Shown piece by piece: positions 26,109 through 35,038 of a stretch of 64,000 nucleotides of DNA. Origin of the DNA: an uncultured Opitutaceae bacterium (lineage in GTDB: Bacteria > Verrucomicrobiota > Verrucomicrobiia > Opitutales > Opitutaceae); assembly GCA_964484165.1 (NCBI GenBank), contig CAZAFS010000001.1:763-64762 (forward strand), in the 5' to 3' direction. A program made the translations under genes and the position numbers. Below the pieces are notes generated by a model. The model was not told the DNA's origin and made no database searches. It saw only the letters and a program-made list of their open reading frames with translations. The stretch's first letter is position 1; each line of letters starts with the position of its first letter.

Positions 26109-26153
26109 GAGACGGAGTGGAATTTCGCGACATTCTCCACTCCGTCTCTTTCT
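26109..26153 (+). terminator. Rho-independent terminator candidate downstream of the TonB receptor
   Basis: A perfect 13-bp stem, GAGACGGAGTGGA (26109-26121) paired with TCCACTCCGTCTC (26136-26148), is followed by TTTCT. A second 7-bp hairpin precedes it at 26081-26103 (GGTGACA...TGTCACC). Confidence 0.6.
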
Positions 26154-26211
26154 GATCGAAAGGCACCTCAATCGCACCACGAAACAGCATCACTAAACCG
26201 GTGCTTACCCT

Positions 26212-27603
26212 ATGGCCTCCACCCTCACTCGTCGTCAGTTTCTTAAATCCGCGGGCGTCGTATCCGTAAGCACGCTCGCGTTTCCCTATGTGATGCGCAG
26301 CCAGCAAGGGCGGTCACCGAACAACAAACTCAACGTCGCCTGCATCGGTGTGGGCGGTCGGGCCAGGTCGGGCGCGGTCCAAGGCACCAAAGACGAAAAC
26401 CTCATCGCGTTTTGTGACGTCGATGAAGCGCGCGCGGCGGACACCTACACGTTGTTTCCCGACGTGCCGCGTTTTCGCGACTACCGCACGCTATTCGATA
26501 AACACGCCAAAGATATCGATGCCGTCGCCGTCACGACGCCTGATCACATGCACTATCCGATCGCGGTCGCTGCGCTGCGCCTGGGAAAACATGTATTCTG
26601 CGAAAAGCCGCTCACGCACACGATTTCGGAGGCGCGCCAGCTCGCGAAGCTCGCGCGCGAGAGCAAAGTCGCCACGCAAATGGGCAATCAAGGCCACGCG
26701 AGCGAAGGGATTCGGTTGCTCAAGGAATGGGTCGACGCCGGCGTGCTCGGCGACGTGCGCGAGGTTCATAGTTGGACCGACCGGCCGGCCGGCTGGTGGC
26801 CGCAGGGCAGCGTCGAGCGCTTGGAGCCCACGCATACCACGAGCAGTTCGTTCGTCAGCGCACCCGACCATTCGAAATTTATCCCGGTCGTACCACCGAC
26901 GCTCGATTGGGACTTATGGCAGGGCGTCGCACCCGCGCGCGCCTACGATCCGATGTATGTTCCGCACAACTGGCGCGGCTTCTGGGACTACGGCACTGGT
27001 GCGCTCGGCGATATGGGCTGCCACCTGCTCGACGGCGCGCACTGGGCGTTACAACTCGACGCGCCCACGCACATCGAGGCGACCAGCGCGTTTCATACCC
27101 AAGTCACGGGCCCGGCCTCGTCGATGATCACCTTCCAATTTCCGGCGCGCGGGAAGTTTGCGCCGCTGAAACTCCATTGGTATGACGGCGGTCTCATGCC
27201 GCCACCCCCACCGGAACTCGAGGGGAACCGTCAGTTGCCCGACAATGGCACTCTTTTCATCGGCACGAAAGCCACCGTGTTTGCGACGCTCTATTATCAG
27301 AGCGTGCGGATCATTCCGGAGACGAAGATGCAGGAACTCGCGCCGACGCTGCCGCCGAAAACGATACCGCGCATCGAGGGTGGAGATCATTTCGCCGAGT
27401 GGATTCGCGCGTGCAAGGGCGGCCCGGCGGCCGGCTCGAATTTCGAGGTCGCCTCGCGACTCACGGAGTTGTGCTTGCTTAGCAACGTTGCCGTGCGCGC
27501 GGGCCGCCCCGTCGAGTGGGACTCCGCCGCGATGAAGATCGCCAATCTGCCGGACGCGAACCAATATCTCACGAAGCAATACCGCCCCGGCTTCGGCGTG
27601 TGA
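26212..27603 (+). CDS. Gfo/Idh/MocA-family oxidoreductase with a TAT signal
   Basis: The TAT signal is MASTLTRRQFLKSAGVVSVSTLAFP. It is followed by the Rossmann region LNVACIGVGGRARSG and VTTPDHMHYPIAVAALRLGKHVFCEKPL. Confidence 0.9.
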   Translation: MASTLTRRQFLKSAGVVSVSTLAFPYVMRSQQGRSPNNKLNVACIGVGGRARSGAVQGTKDENLIAFCDVDEARAADTYTLFPDVPRFRDYRTLFDKHAKDIDAVAVTTPDHMHYPIAVAALRLGKHVFCEKPLTHTISEARQLAKLARESKVATQMGNQGHASEGIRLLKEWVDAGVLGDVREVHSWTDRPAGWWPQGSVERLEPTHTTSSSFVSAPDHSKFIPVVPPTLDWDLWQGVAPARAYDPMYVPHNWRGFWDYGTGALGDMGCHLLDGAHWALQLDAPTHIEATSAFHTQVTGPASSMITFQFPARGKFAPLKLHWYDGGLMPPPPPELEGNRQLPDNGTLFIGTKATVFATLYYQSVRIIPETKMQELAPTLPPKTIPRIEGGDHFAEWIRACKGGPAAGSNFEVASRLTELCLLSNVAVRAGRPVEWDSAAMKIANLPDANQYLTKQYRPGFGV

Positions 27604-27622
27604 GCCGTCATCTTTCAGCTTT

Positions 27623-28090
27623 TTGTTCGACATGAGCGATACTCCCGGTCCAGCGCCCGTTGCGCGCTGTGAATACAACGCTGCCTTTCTGTTGCTCCGC
27701 CTCTTTCTTGGGTTCCGCACGCTGCTGGCCGGCCTGGAGAAATTCGAGTCCGGCGGCGTCTACTCGCTCGCCAACTACACCAAGAACATGACGCGCATGG
27801 CCACGGGCATCACCGGTGCGTCGTTCCTGCCCTTGTGGGCCACGAAAACTTTCGCCTTGCCGCTCGGTTTCGTGCTGCTCGCTCTCGGCGCGGCCCTGCT
27901 GCTTGGGCTGAAGACCCGGACCACGCTCGTCCTCTCCGGCCTGCTCTACGTCGGCCTAGCTTTCGGCCTGATGGCCGTGCAGGACAACGACGGCATCGCC
28001 TGGCTGGGCGTCTATGTCGGACTGATCGTTGGCGCGCTGCTGCTGGTCCGCCACAACCGTTTCGCCCTCTGGCCCGACAGGTTCGAGTGA
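27623..28090 (+). CDS. DoxX-family small membrane protein
   Basis: It has four hydrophobic segments and the DoxX-like N-terminus LLLRLFLGFRTLLAGLEKF. Its stop overlaps the GTG start of the next gene (GTGA). Confidence 0.7.
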   Translation: MFDMSDTPGPAPVARCEYNAAFLLLRLFLGFRTLLAGLEKFESGGVYSLANYTKNMTRMATGITGASFLPLWATKTFALPLGFVLLALGAALLLGLKTRTTLVLSGLLYVGLAFGLMAVQDNDGIAWLGVYVGLIVGALLLVRHNRFALWPDRFE

Positions 28091-29496
28091 ACGCCCCGTC
28101 CCCCTTCCTCTCCGGCCCGGCCGAGGTCACCCGACGGAATTTTCTCGCAACCGGCGCCAAGCTCGGCGCCGCGATGCTCGCCGTGCCTTACGTCGCCCGG
28201 GCCGCCCCTGGCAGCGGCGGCGCCGACCGGCTCAACGTCGCCCTCATCGGCTGCGGCGAGCAGGGGCGCGTGCTCCTCAATTCCGCGCTCAAGATCCCCG
28301 ACGTCCGGTTCAAGGCCGTCTGCGACATCTGGCCCTACCACTGCACCTACGGCGAGCGGCTGCTGAAGAAGTTCGGCCATGACGCCCGGCCGTTCGAGGA
28401 TTACCGCGAGATGCTGTCCGCCGTACCGGAGCTCGATGCCGTGCTGGTGGCGACGCCGGACTTTATGCACGCGGAGCACACCAATAACTGCCTCCGCGCC
28501 GGCAAGCACGTCTACTGCGAGAAGCTCATGTCGAATACCGTCGAGGGCGCCCGCTCGATGGTGCGCACCGCCCGCGAGACCGGCAAACTCCTCCAGATCG
28601 GCCACCAGCGCCGCAGCAACCCGCGCTACCAGCACGTGCGGGAGAAGATCCTCGGCGAGGGGCGCCTGCTCGGCCGGATCACGAACGTCAACGGCCAATG
28701 GAACCGCGCGGTCAGCGACGATTTCGGCTGGCCGGAGCGCTACGTGCTGGCCGAAAGCGTGCTGCACAAATACGGTTACGCGAACATGCGCGAATTCCGG
28801 AATTGGCGCTGGTTCAAAAAATACGCCGCTGGCCCGATCTCAGATCTCGGTGCCCACCAGATCGACATCTACAACTGGTTTCTCGGCGCCAACCCCTGCG
28901 CGGTCCTCGCGGGCGGCGGGACTGACTTCTACACCGCCCACGAGTGGTATGACAACGTCATGGCGATCTACGAATTTGCAACGCCGGCCGGCGTCGTGCG
29001 CGCCTTCTACGAGGTCCTCACCACGACCAGCGCCGGCGGCGGCTACTACGAATATTTCATGGGCACGGAAGGCGCGTTGAAGATGTCGGAGAATCCGAAA
29101 TACACGCAACTCTTCCGCGAAGCCGCCGCGCCCGACTGGGCCCAGTGGGTCCAGCGTGGCTTCGTCCGCCGGCCCGGCGAGGTCGATGAAGGCACCGGGC
29201 CGCCCAAACCCTGGGAGAAGGAACAGCGCCCAAAGTTCACGCTCGCGCCGCCGCGTGCCTCGGTCGTCGACGTGCGCGAAACCGTCGCTTTATCTACGTG
29301 GGAAATTCCTGTGACGCTCGCCGAGCCCATCCACCAACCCCACCTCGAGAATTTCTTCGCCGCCATCCGTGGCCGGGCGCCGCTCAACTGCCCAGCCGAA
29401 ACCGGGTTTGCCTCCGCCGTGACCGTCCTCAAGGTCAACGCCGCCGTGGCCGCCCAGAAAATGCTGCCATTCGCGCCGGAGGAATTCACTGCTTAA
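28087..29496 (+). CDS. Gfo/Idh/MocA-family oxidoreductase with a TAT signal
   Basis: This is the frame of ORF 27835..29496. The likely GTG start is at 28087 (VNAPSPFLSGPAEVTRRNFLATGAKLGAAMLAVPYVARA). The motifs are LNVALIGCGEQGR and VATPDFMHAEHTNNCLRAGKHVYCEKLM. Confidence 0.85.
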   Translation: MNAPSPFLSGPAEVTRRNFLATGAKLGAAMLAVPYVARAAPGSGGADRLNVALIGCGEQGRVLLNSALKIPDVRFKAVCDIWPYHCTYGERLLKKFGHDARPFEDYREMLSAVPELDAVLVATPDFMHAEHTNNCLRAGKHVYCEKLMSNTVEGARSMVRTARETGKLLQIGHQRRSNPRYQHVREKILGEGRLLGRITNVNGQWNRAVSDDFGWPERYVLAESVLHKYGYANMREFRNWRWFKKYAAGPISDLGAHQIDIYNWFLGANPCAVLAGGGTDFYTAHEWYDNVMAIYEFATPAGVVRAFYEVLTTTSAGGGYYEYFMGTEGALKMSENPKYTQLFREAAAPDWAQWVQRGFVRRPGEVDEGTGPPKPWEKEQRPKFTLAPPRASVVDVRETVALSTWEIPVTLAEPIHQPHLENFFAAIRGRAPLNCPAETGFASAVTVLKVNAAVAAQKMLPFAPEEFTA

Positions 29497-29518
29497 CCTC
29501 AAATCAATCGTTCAGTCC

Positions 29519-30283
29519 ATGAAATCATATGCCTGTTTGCTCTCGTTCTTGTGCCTCGTCGCGTCGGTTTCCGCCGCCGAAACCGCATCCGCCGGTTTGC
29601 CTCCACCGGAAGCGACCGAACAGTGGACTCCTGTGCCGGCATTGGTCGCGACCTTGGCCGATGGAATTCCCTCCGACGCCGTCATGCTGTTCGATGGCAA
29701 GACCCTCGAAGGCTGGGAGTCGGTCAAGGGCGGCCCGGCGCCTTGGAAACTGGAGGATGGTGCGGTGATCGTGGTGGCTAAATCCGGCGACATCCGCACG
29801 AAGGCAGCGTTTGGCAGTGTGCAGCTTCATCTCGAGTGGCGCACGCCAGCCGAGGTCAAAGGCGCCGGTCAGGGTCGGGGGAACAGCGGCGTCATCTTCA
29901 TGGGCCTCTACGAACTGCAAGTTCTCGACTCCTACGACAACCCGACCTACGTCAACGGGCAGGCTGGGGCGATTTACAAACAGCACGCGCCGCTCGTGAA
30001 CGCCGCGCGCCGGCCGGGGGAGTGGCAAACCTACGACGTTATCTGGGTGGCGCCGCGCTTTGGCGCTGACGGCAAACTGATCAGCCCGGCGCGCGTGACG
30101 GTCTTCCACAACGGCGTGCTGGTGCAGCACGACGTGATCGTGAAGGGCCCGACGAGCTACCGCGGCGAGCTGCCCTACGCCGCCCATGCGGCCAAACTCC
30201 CGCTGATACTGCAAGAACACAACAATCCCGTGGCTTTCCGCAATATCTGGGTGCGCGAACTGGCCCTGCCTGAGGCGCATTGA
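29519..30283 (+). CDS. DUF1080 (3-keto-disaccharide hydrolase family) exported protein
   Basis: It has a signal peptide (MKSYACLLSFLCLVASVSA). The DUF1080 blocks are MLFDGKTLEGWES...WKLEDGAVIV, NSGVIFMGLYELQVLDS, GAIYKQHAPLVNA, EWQTYDVIW and LILQEHNNPVAFRNIWVREL. Confidence 0.85.
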   Translation: MKSYACLLSFLCLVASVSAAETASAGLPPPEATEQWTPVPALVATLADGIPSDAVMLFDGKTLEGWESVKGGPAPWKLEDGAVIVVAKSGDIRTKAAFGSVQLHLEWRTPAEVKGAGQGRGNSGVIFMGLYELQVLDSYDNPTYVNGQAGAIYKQHAPLVNAARRPGEWQTYDVIWVAPRFGADGKLISPARVTVFHNGVLVQHDVIVKGPTSYRGELPYAAHAAKLPLILQEHNNPVAFRNIWVRELALPEAH

Positions 30284-30333
30284 GCTGCGCCAGGCGGAAC
30301 CGCCGGTTGACCCGTTTGCCACCTTCCCTCGTC

Positions 30334-30993
30334 ATGAAACATTTCCTTGTCTTCGGCGCCGTCTTCCTCGCGCTCGCTGCTTGTGTCCTCGCAGAGGACA
30401 AGGTGCCACTCAAGCTCGACCTGCCCAAGCCGCTGTTCGTCGGCACGCCGCGCCCGCTCGAATTGCCCAATCTCGAGAAACCGCGCGCTGGCAAGCGCCC
30501 CGACCTGCTCGTGCCCGCCGGCACCATCCTGCTCTCCAAGGGCAAGTCAGTGACCAGTAGCGATAATTTCCCCGTCATCGGTGAGTTGTCATTCATCACG
30601 GACGGCGACAAGAAGGGCACCGAGGGCACCTGGGTCGAGCTGGGGCCCGGCCTGCAATGGGTGCAGATCGATCTCGAGGCGCCCGCCACGCTTGCAGCGA
30701 TCGCGGTCTGGCATTTCCATGCCCAGGCCCGGGTCTACCACGACGTGGTCGTGCAGGTATCCGAGGACCCGCAGTTCAAGACCGTTGTGCGCACGCTCTT
30801 CAACAACGACGTCGACAACTCCTCCGGCTTGGGCGCCGGCACCGACCCCGCCTACGTGGAGACCTTTGAAGGTCGGCTGATCGACGCCAAGGACACCCGT
30901 GCCCGTTATGTCCGGCTCTACTCTGCCGGTAACACGACCGACGAACTCAACCACTATGTTGAAGTTGAGGTCTACGGGCGTCCGGCGAAATAG
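30334..30993 (+). CDS. Exported discoidin (F5/8 type C) domain protein
   Basis: This is ORF 30280..30993 trimmed to the ATG at 30334 (MKHFLVFGAVFLALAACVLA). The discoidin-like region reads WVELGPGLQWVQIDLEAPATLAAIAVWH...ARYVRLYSAGNTTDELNHYVEVEVYG. Confidence 0.7.
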   Translation: MKHFLVFGAVFLALAACVLAEDKVPLKLDLPKPLFVGTPRPLELPNLEKPRAGKRPDLLVPAGTILLSKGKSVTSSDNFPVIGELSFITDGDKKGTEGTWVELGPGLQWVQIDLEAPATLAAIAVWHFHAQARVYHDVVVQVSEDPQFKTVVRTLFNNDVDNSSGLGAGTDPAYVETFEGRLIDAKDTRARYVRLYSAGNTTDELNHYVEVEVYGRPAK

Positions 30994-31136
30994 CCCGGCA
31001 GGCCATTTCCACCTATTATACCGCCGTCAGACCGGGAATCGATCTTCCTTGGGCTCCGGCTTCGGCGCGGCCGGCGGCGGCCCAGTTCCCGCGACACGAG
31101 TGGTAAGCCGGTGCCACCCTTGACCACAATTCCCCT

Positions 31137-32669
31137 ATGCAAAAAGAAACCCGCCTCCTCGTCGCATGCATCGTCGCGATCGTCACGACCTCATTTGGGT
31201 TCATTGTCCGCGCCTTCCTTATCAGTGAATGGGGCCAGCAATACAACCTGAGCGATACCCAGATTGGCGCCCTGCAGGGTGCCGGGTTGTTCCCGTTCGC
31301 CCTGAGCATCATCCTCTTTTCGTTCTTTATCGACCGGCTCGGCTACGGGCGGTCGATAGCCTTTGCCTGGGGCGGGCACGTGGCCTCGGCGGTGATCACC
31401 ATGACCGCCACCGGGTACACCCAGCTTTACGTCGGCACGTTTCTCTTTGCCTTGGCCAACGGCATCGTCGAGGCGGTGACGAATCCCGTGGTGGCCACGG
31501 TTTACGCGAAAAGCAAAACGCATCACCTTAACATGCTGCATGCCGGCTGGCCGGGCGGTCTCGTGTTGGGCGGTGTGCTGGCGCTCGCGCTGGGCGGCCT
31601 CGAGTGGCGGTGGAAGATCGGGCTGTTCCTGCTGCCGGCCATCGCCTACGGGCTCCTGCTGCTGCGCTGCGAGTTTCCTGTGCAAGAACGCGTTGCGGCG
31701 GGGGTCTCCTATCAGGATATGCTCAAGGAGTTCGGCTGGGCAGGCTGCCTGATCGTCTGCTATTTCGTCGCGGCGGCGTGCGACGAGGTGGCGCGCGGCA
31801 TTTTCCACACCTCCCTGCCGGCGGCGGCCTTTTGGCTGATCACCCTTGTGCCGACCGTGATCTTTGCGGCAATGGTGCGGAGTTTCGGCCGGCCCGTGTT
31901 CGTCATCCTGCTGCTGGTGATGATCCTGTTGGCGACCACCGAATTGGGAACGGACAGCTGGGTGTCGGCACTCATGACTCCGGTGCTGGCCGATCTTGGC
32001 GCCCATGCCGGCTCGTGGCTGCTCGTCTACACCTCGGCTATCATGTTCGTGCTCCGTTTCTTTGCCGGCCCGCTCGTGCATCGCTTGTCCCCGCTGGGTG
32101 TGCTCGCCTGCGGCGCGGTGCTGGCGGCGTTTGGCCTCACGGGACTGGCGCACGCCGGTGCGGTGGGCTGGGCGATTTTCGTCGCCGCGACCCTTTACGG
32201 CGTGGGCAAGGCGTTTTTCTGGCCCACGACGTTGGGCGTCGTATCGGAACAGTTCCCCAAGGGCGGCGCGCTCACGCTCAACGCGATGGGTGGGATGGGT
32301 ATGATCGCGGTGGGCGTGCTCGGCGCACCGTTCCTCGGCGTGATGCAGGACACGAATTTTGAGAAGGTGCTAGCCGCGCAACATCCGGCGCTATACGCGC
32401 AGGTGGCGGGTGCGCAGGAGTCCAAATACGGCATGGCCTACCATCCGCTCGAAAAGCAGAAGATCGCCGCCCTGCCCACCGCGGCGCGCACCACCGTCGA
32501 GAACGTGCGCAACGCCAACAACCAATTGACGCTGGCCAAGATGGCGCTACTGCCGGCAATCATGGCGGTGTGCTACGGCGGGCTGATCTGGTTCTACCGG
32601 AGTCGCGGCGGCTACAAGCCGGTCGAATTGGCGGCCGCGGGGGCCGGGGGTGGACCGGCTTCGGCTTAG
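31137..32669 (+). CDS. MFS-type transporter (about 510 aa)
   Basis: About 12 hydrophobic segments run throughout. The N-terminal half contains an MFS-like loop, FFIDRLGYGRS. Confidence 0.8.
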   Translation: MQKETRLLVACIVAIVTTSFGFIVRAFLISEWGQQYNLSDTQIGALQGAGLFPFALSIILFSFFIDRLGYGRSIAFAWGGHVASAVITMTATGYTQLYVGTFLFALANGIVEAVTNPVVATVYAKSKTHHLNMLHAGWPGGLVLGGVLALALGGLEWRWKIGLFLLPAIAYGLLLLRCEFPVQERVAAGVSYQDMLKEFGWAGCLIVCYFVAAACDEVARGIFHTSLPAAAFWLITLVPTVIFAAMVRSFGRPVFVILLLVMILLATTELGTDSWVSALMTPVLADLGAHAGSWLLVYTSAIMFVLRFFAGPLVHRLSPLGVLACGAVLAAFGLTGLAHAGAVGWAIFVAATLYGVGKAFFWPTTLGVVSEQFPKGGALTLNAMGGMGMIAVGVLGAPFLGVMQDTNFEKVLAAQHPALYAQVAGAQESKYGMAYHPLEKQKIAALPTAARTTVENVRNANNQLTLAKMALLPAIMAVCYGGLIWFYRSRGGYKPVELAAAGAGGGPASA

Positions 32670-34218
32670 GCCGGAGCTTGCGTCGCTGCGGTGCCTTGCG
32701 TTCTCCTCCATCATTCTGAGCGCAGCGAAGAATTCAGGTTATGCTAGTCGGTGGCGCGGCTCGCCCCCCACGTGGTTGCCCGCGTTGGGTGTGGTGCTGG
32801 TGGTGGCGGCCGCCCTCTGGCTGCGCACGCACGACCTCGCCGCGCGGCCGATGCACTTCGACGAGGCGAACCAAGCCGTGAAGTTTGGCCAACTGCTCGA
32901 ACACGGCAACTATGCGTTTGATCCGCGCGACCACCACGGCCCGACACTGTATTACCTAACGCTGCCCGTCGCTTGGGCGCGCGGGCAACGCACCCTGCCG
33001 GCACTCGATGAAACCACCGTGCGCCTGCTGCCGGCGCTGGCCGGTACGCTGAGTGTCGTGCTCATGTGGCTGCTGGCGCGACCGCTCGGAACCGGCACGG
33101 CGTTGGCGGCGGCCCTCCTGTTGGCCGTGGCGCCGGCGGCGGTCTACTACAATCGGTACTATGTGCAGGAATCGCTGCTGGTCTTGTTCACGCTCGGGGC
33201 ATTCATCTGCGGACATCGATGGTGGCTCGGCCGGGGCCGAGGCTGGGCTCTGGCCACTGGCGTCTGCGCCGGCCTCATGCTCGCCACCAAGACCAGTGCG
33301 CTGCTCTTTGGATTCGTAGCGGTCGCGGCCTTGGCGACGGTGGCGCGCGGATCGCGCAGATTCCTGACGCACCCGCTGACGGCCGTCGCGGCGGCGGCCG
33401 CGGTCGCCGTGTTGTTTTATTCGTCGTTTCTCACCCACCCGGTGGGGTTGCGCGATGCGTTCGCCAGTCTCGGATCGATGGCGGACCGTGCGGCCGGCGG
33501 CACCGGTCATGACAAGCCGTGGTGGTATTACGCGAGCCTGCTCGTTTTTCGTCGCGATGGCGGCTACCTCTGGGATCAGTCCCTGTTTCTGGCGATGGCG
33601 GTTGCCGGATTGGTCGTCGCGTGGCGTGGACCGCGGCGGATGCCGCGTTTGTTCGCTCTCTATGCGGTGGTCGTGGCCATCGCGCTGTCGCTGACGCCCT
33701 ACAAGACGCCTTGGATCGTTGTTAATCTCGTGCCCGTGCTGGCGGTGCTCGCGGCCCTCGCCTGGTCGGCGCTTGCTGGCCTCCGCGTGTGGGGCGGCGT
33801 GGCGGCGGTGGGGTTGGGGCTCGCTGTCATTGGAGAACTGGCGTGGCAGACCAGACAGGCCGTCTTCCGACTGCCGGCCGACCCGCGCAATCCGTATGCG
33901 TACGTGCACAGTTCACCCGATGTGCTCAAGGTCCGGGCATTGGCCGAGGCGGCGCTCGCGCGGGATTCGTCCGGATCGATCAAGATCATCAGCGAGGAAT
34001 ACTGGCCGTTGCCGTGGTATCTGCGCGGCTACCCGCATGTGGGGTACTGGAATGTGGCGCCGGCCGATTGCGATGGCGCGCTGGTGATTTCATCCGCCAG
34101 CCTGGCCGGTGCCGTGCGCGCCCGATTGCATGGCGCCTATCGCGAGAGTTATCTCGGCCTGCGCCCGAATTTCCTGCTCGTCGTCTTTGAGCCCGCGCCC
34201 GCTGGTGCGGAGCATTAA
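32650..34218 (+). CDS. GT-C-fold membrane glycosyltransferase (ArnT/PMT-like; resembles the TIGR03663/Agl23-like family)
   Basis: The region LRTHDLAARPMHFDEANQAVKFGQLLEHGNYAFDPRDHHGPTLYYL is followed by many TM segments. The start codon is uncertain because the track start overlaps the MFS 3' end. Confidence 0.7.
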   Translation: MDRLRLRPELASLRCLAFSSIILSAAKNSGYASRWRGSPPTWLPALGVVLVVAAALWLRTHDLAARPMHFDEANQAVKFGQLLEHGNYAFDPRDHHGPTLYYLTLPVAWARGQRTLPALDETTVRLLPALAGTLSVVLMWLLARPLGTGTALAAALLLAVAPAAVYYNRYYVQESLLVLFTLGAFICGHRWWLGRGRGWALATGVCAGLMLATKTSALLFGFVAVAALATVARGSRRFLTHPLTAVAAAAAVAVLFYSSFLTHPVGLRDAFASLGSMADRAAGGTGHDKPWWYYASLLVFRRDGGYLWDQSLFLAMAVAGLVVAWRGPRRMPRLFALYAVVVAIALSLTPYKTPWIVVNLVPVLAVLAALAWSALAGLRVWGGVAAVGLGLAVIGELAWQTRQAVFRLPADPRNPYAYVHSSPDVLKVRALAEAALARDSSGSIKIISEEYWPLPWYLRGYPHVGYWNVAPADCDGALVISSASLAGAVRARLHGAYRESYLGLRPNFLLVVFEPAPAGAEH

Positions 34219-35036
34219 GCGGTTCCGCTGGTGGCTCCGTGCCAGGCGAGCACGCCGTCTTCTGTCGCCAGCACCGCGCCGCAGTCGGGGCACCCCGCGC
34301 AAAACTGCGCCACCTCGGCGTCCGACATGACGAAGAACGCCGTTGACAGGGCGTCGGCCTCGGCACCGCTCGCGGCGAACGACCAAACCGGAGCGGTGCG
34401 CGTGGCCGGCCGGCCGGTGCGCGGATCGATCAAATGCCACCCTTTGACCGCGACGCCTGAGCCGCTGATCGCGCGGTGGGCGAGCATCACACTGGCATTG
34501 GCGAGCATGGCGACCCAGCCGGCGGCGCCGGGCGGCGGCGCCAGCGCGAGCATGGTGCTGCCGCCGCTCTGCAGGCAGGCGGATTCGATGCTCCAGTCGC
34601 GCAGCACCTCCGTCATGCTGTCGAGGGCATAGCCCTTGCCCACGGCGCCGAGATCGAGGTGCAGTCGTGAACACAGGGAAGTGAGCGTGTGCGCGATGGG
34701 ATCGAGCGCGAACAGCGGGGCCTCGCCTTGCTGTCCAGGTGCGCGCTCCGAAGCGTAGGCCGGGTCAAAGGCCCGCCCGGTCGCGGCCAAGACCTCCACC
34801 GCCTTCACCAGGCACTGCAACGCATCGTCGCCGATCGCAGTCGTCTCTCCCGCCGCGAGTCGGTTGGCCCGCGCGATGTCACTCGACTCCACGTAGCGGC
34901 TCAGCTCGCTTTCGAGCCGGTCGAGTTCGCGCCAGGCCGCTGCGGCGGCCTGGCCGGCGTAGGACGCGGGTTGGTCAGCGACAAAAATCTGAAAAGTCGT
35001 CGCCATCGCCTCATGGGCAAAAACGAGATGGCTCAT
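34215..35036 (-). CDS. apbE: FAD:protein FMN transferase (ApbE family)
   Basis: This is ORF 34215..35270 trimmed to the ATG at 35036 (MSHLVFAHEAMATTFQI). The motifs are SDIARANR, FDPAY, LDLGAVGKGYALD and GWHLIDPRTGRP. It starts 2 nt after the GT2 stop. Confidence 0.85.
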   Translation of the reverse strand: MSHLVFAHEAMATTFQIFVADQPASYAGQAAAAAWRELDRLESELSRYVESSDIARANRLAAGETTAIGDDALQCLVKAVEVLAATGRAFDPAYASERAPGQQGEAPLFALDPIAHTLTSLCSRLHLDLGAVGKGYALDSMTEVLRDWSIESACLQSGGSTMLALAPPPGAAGWVAMLANASVMLAHRAISGSGVAVKGWHLIDPRTGRPATRTAPVWSFAASGAEADALSTAFFVMSDAEVAQFCAGCPDCGAVLATEDGVLAWHGATSGTA

Positions 35037-35038
35037 GC

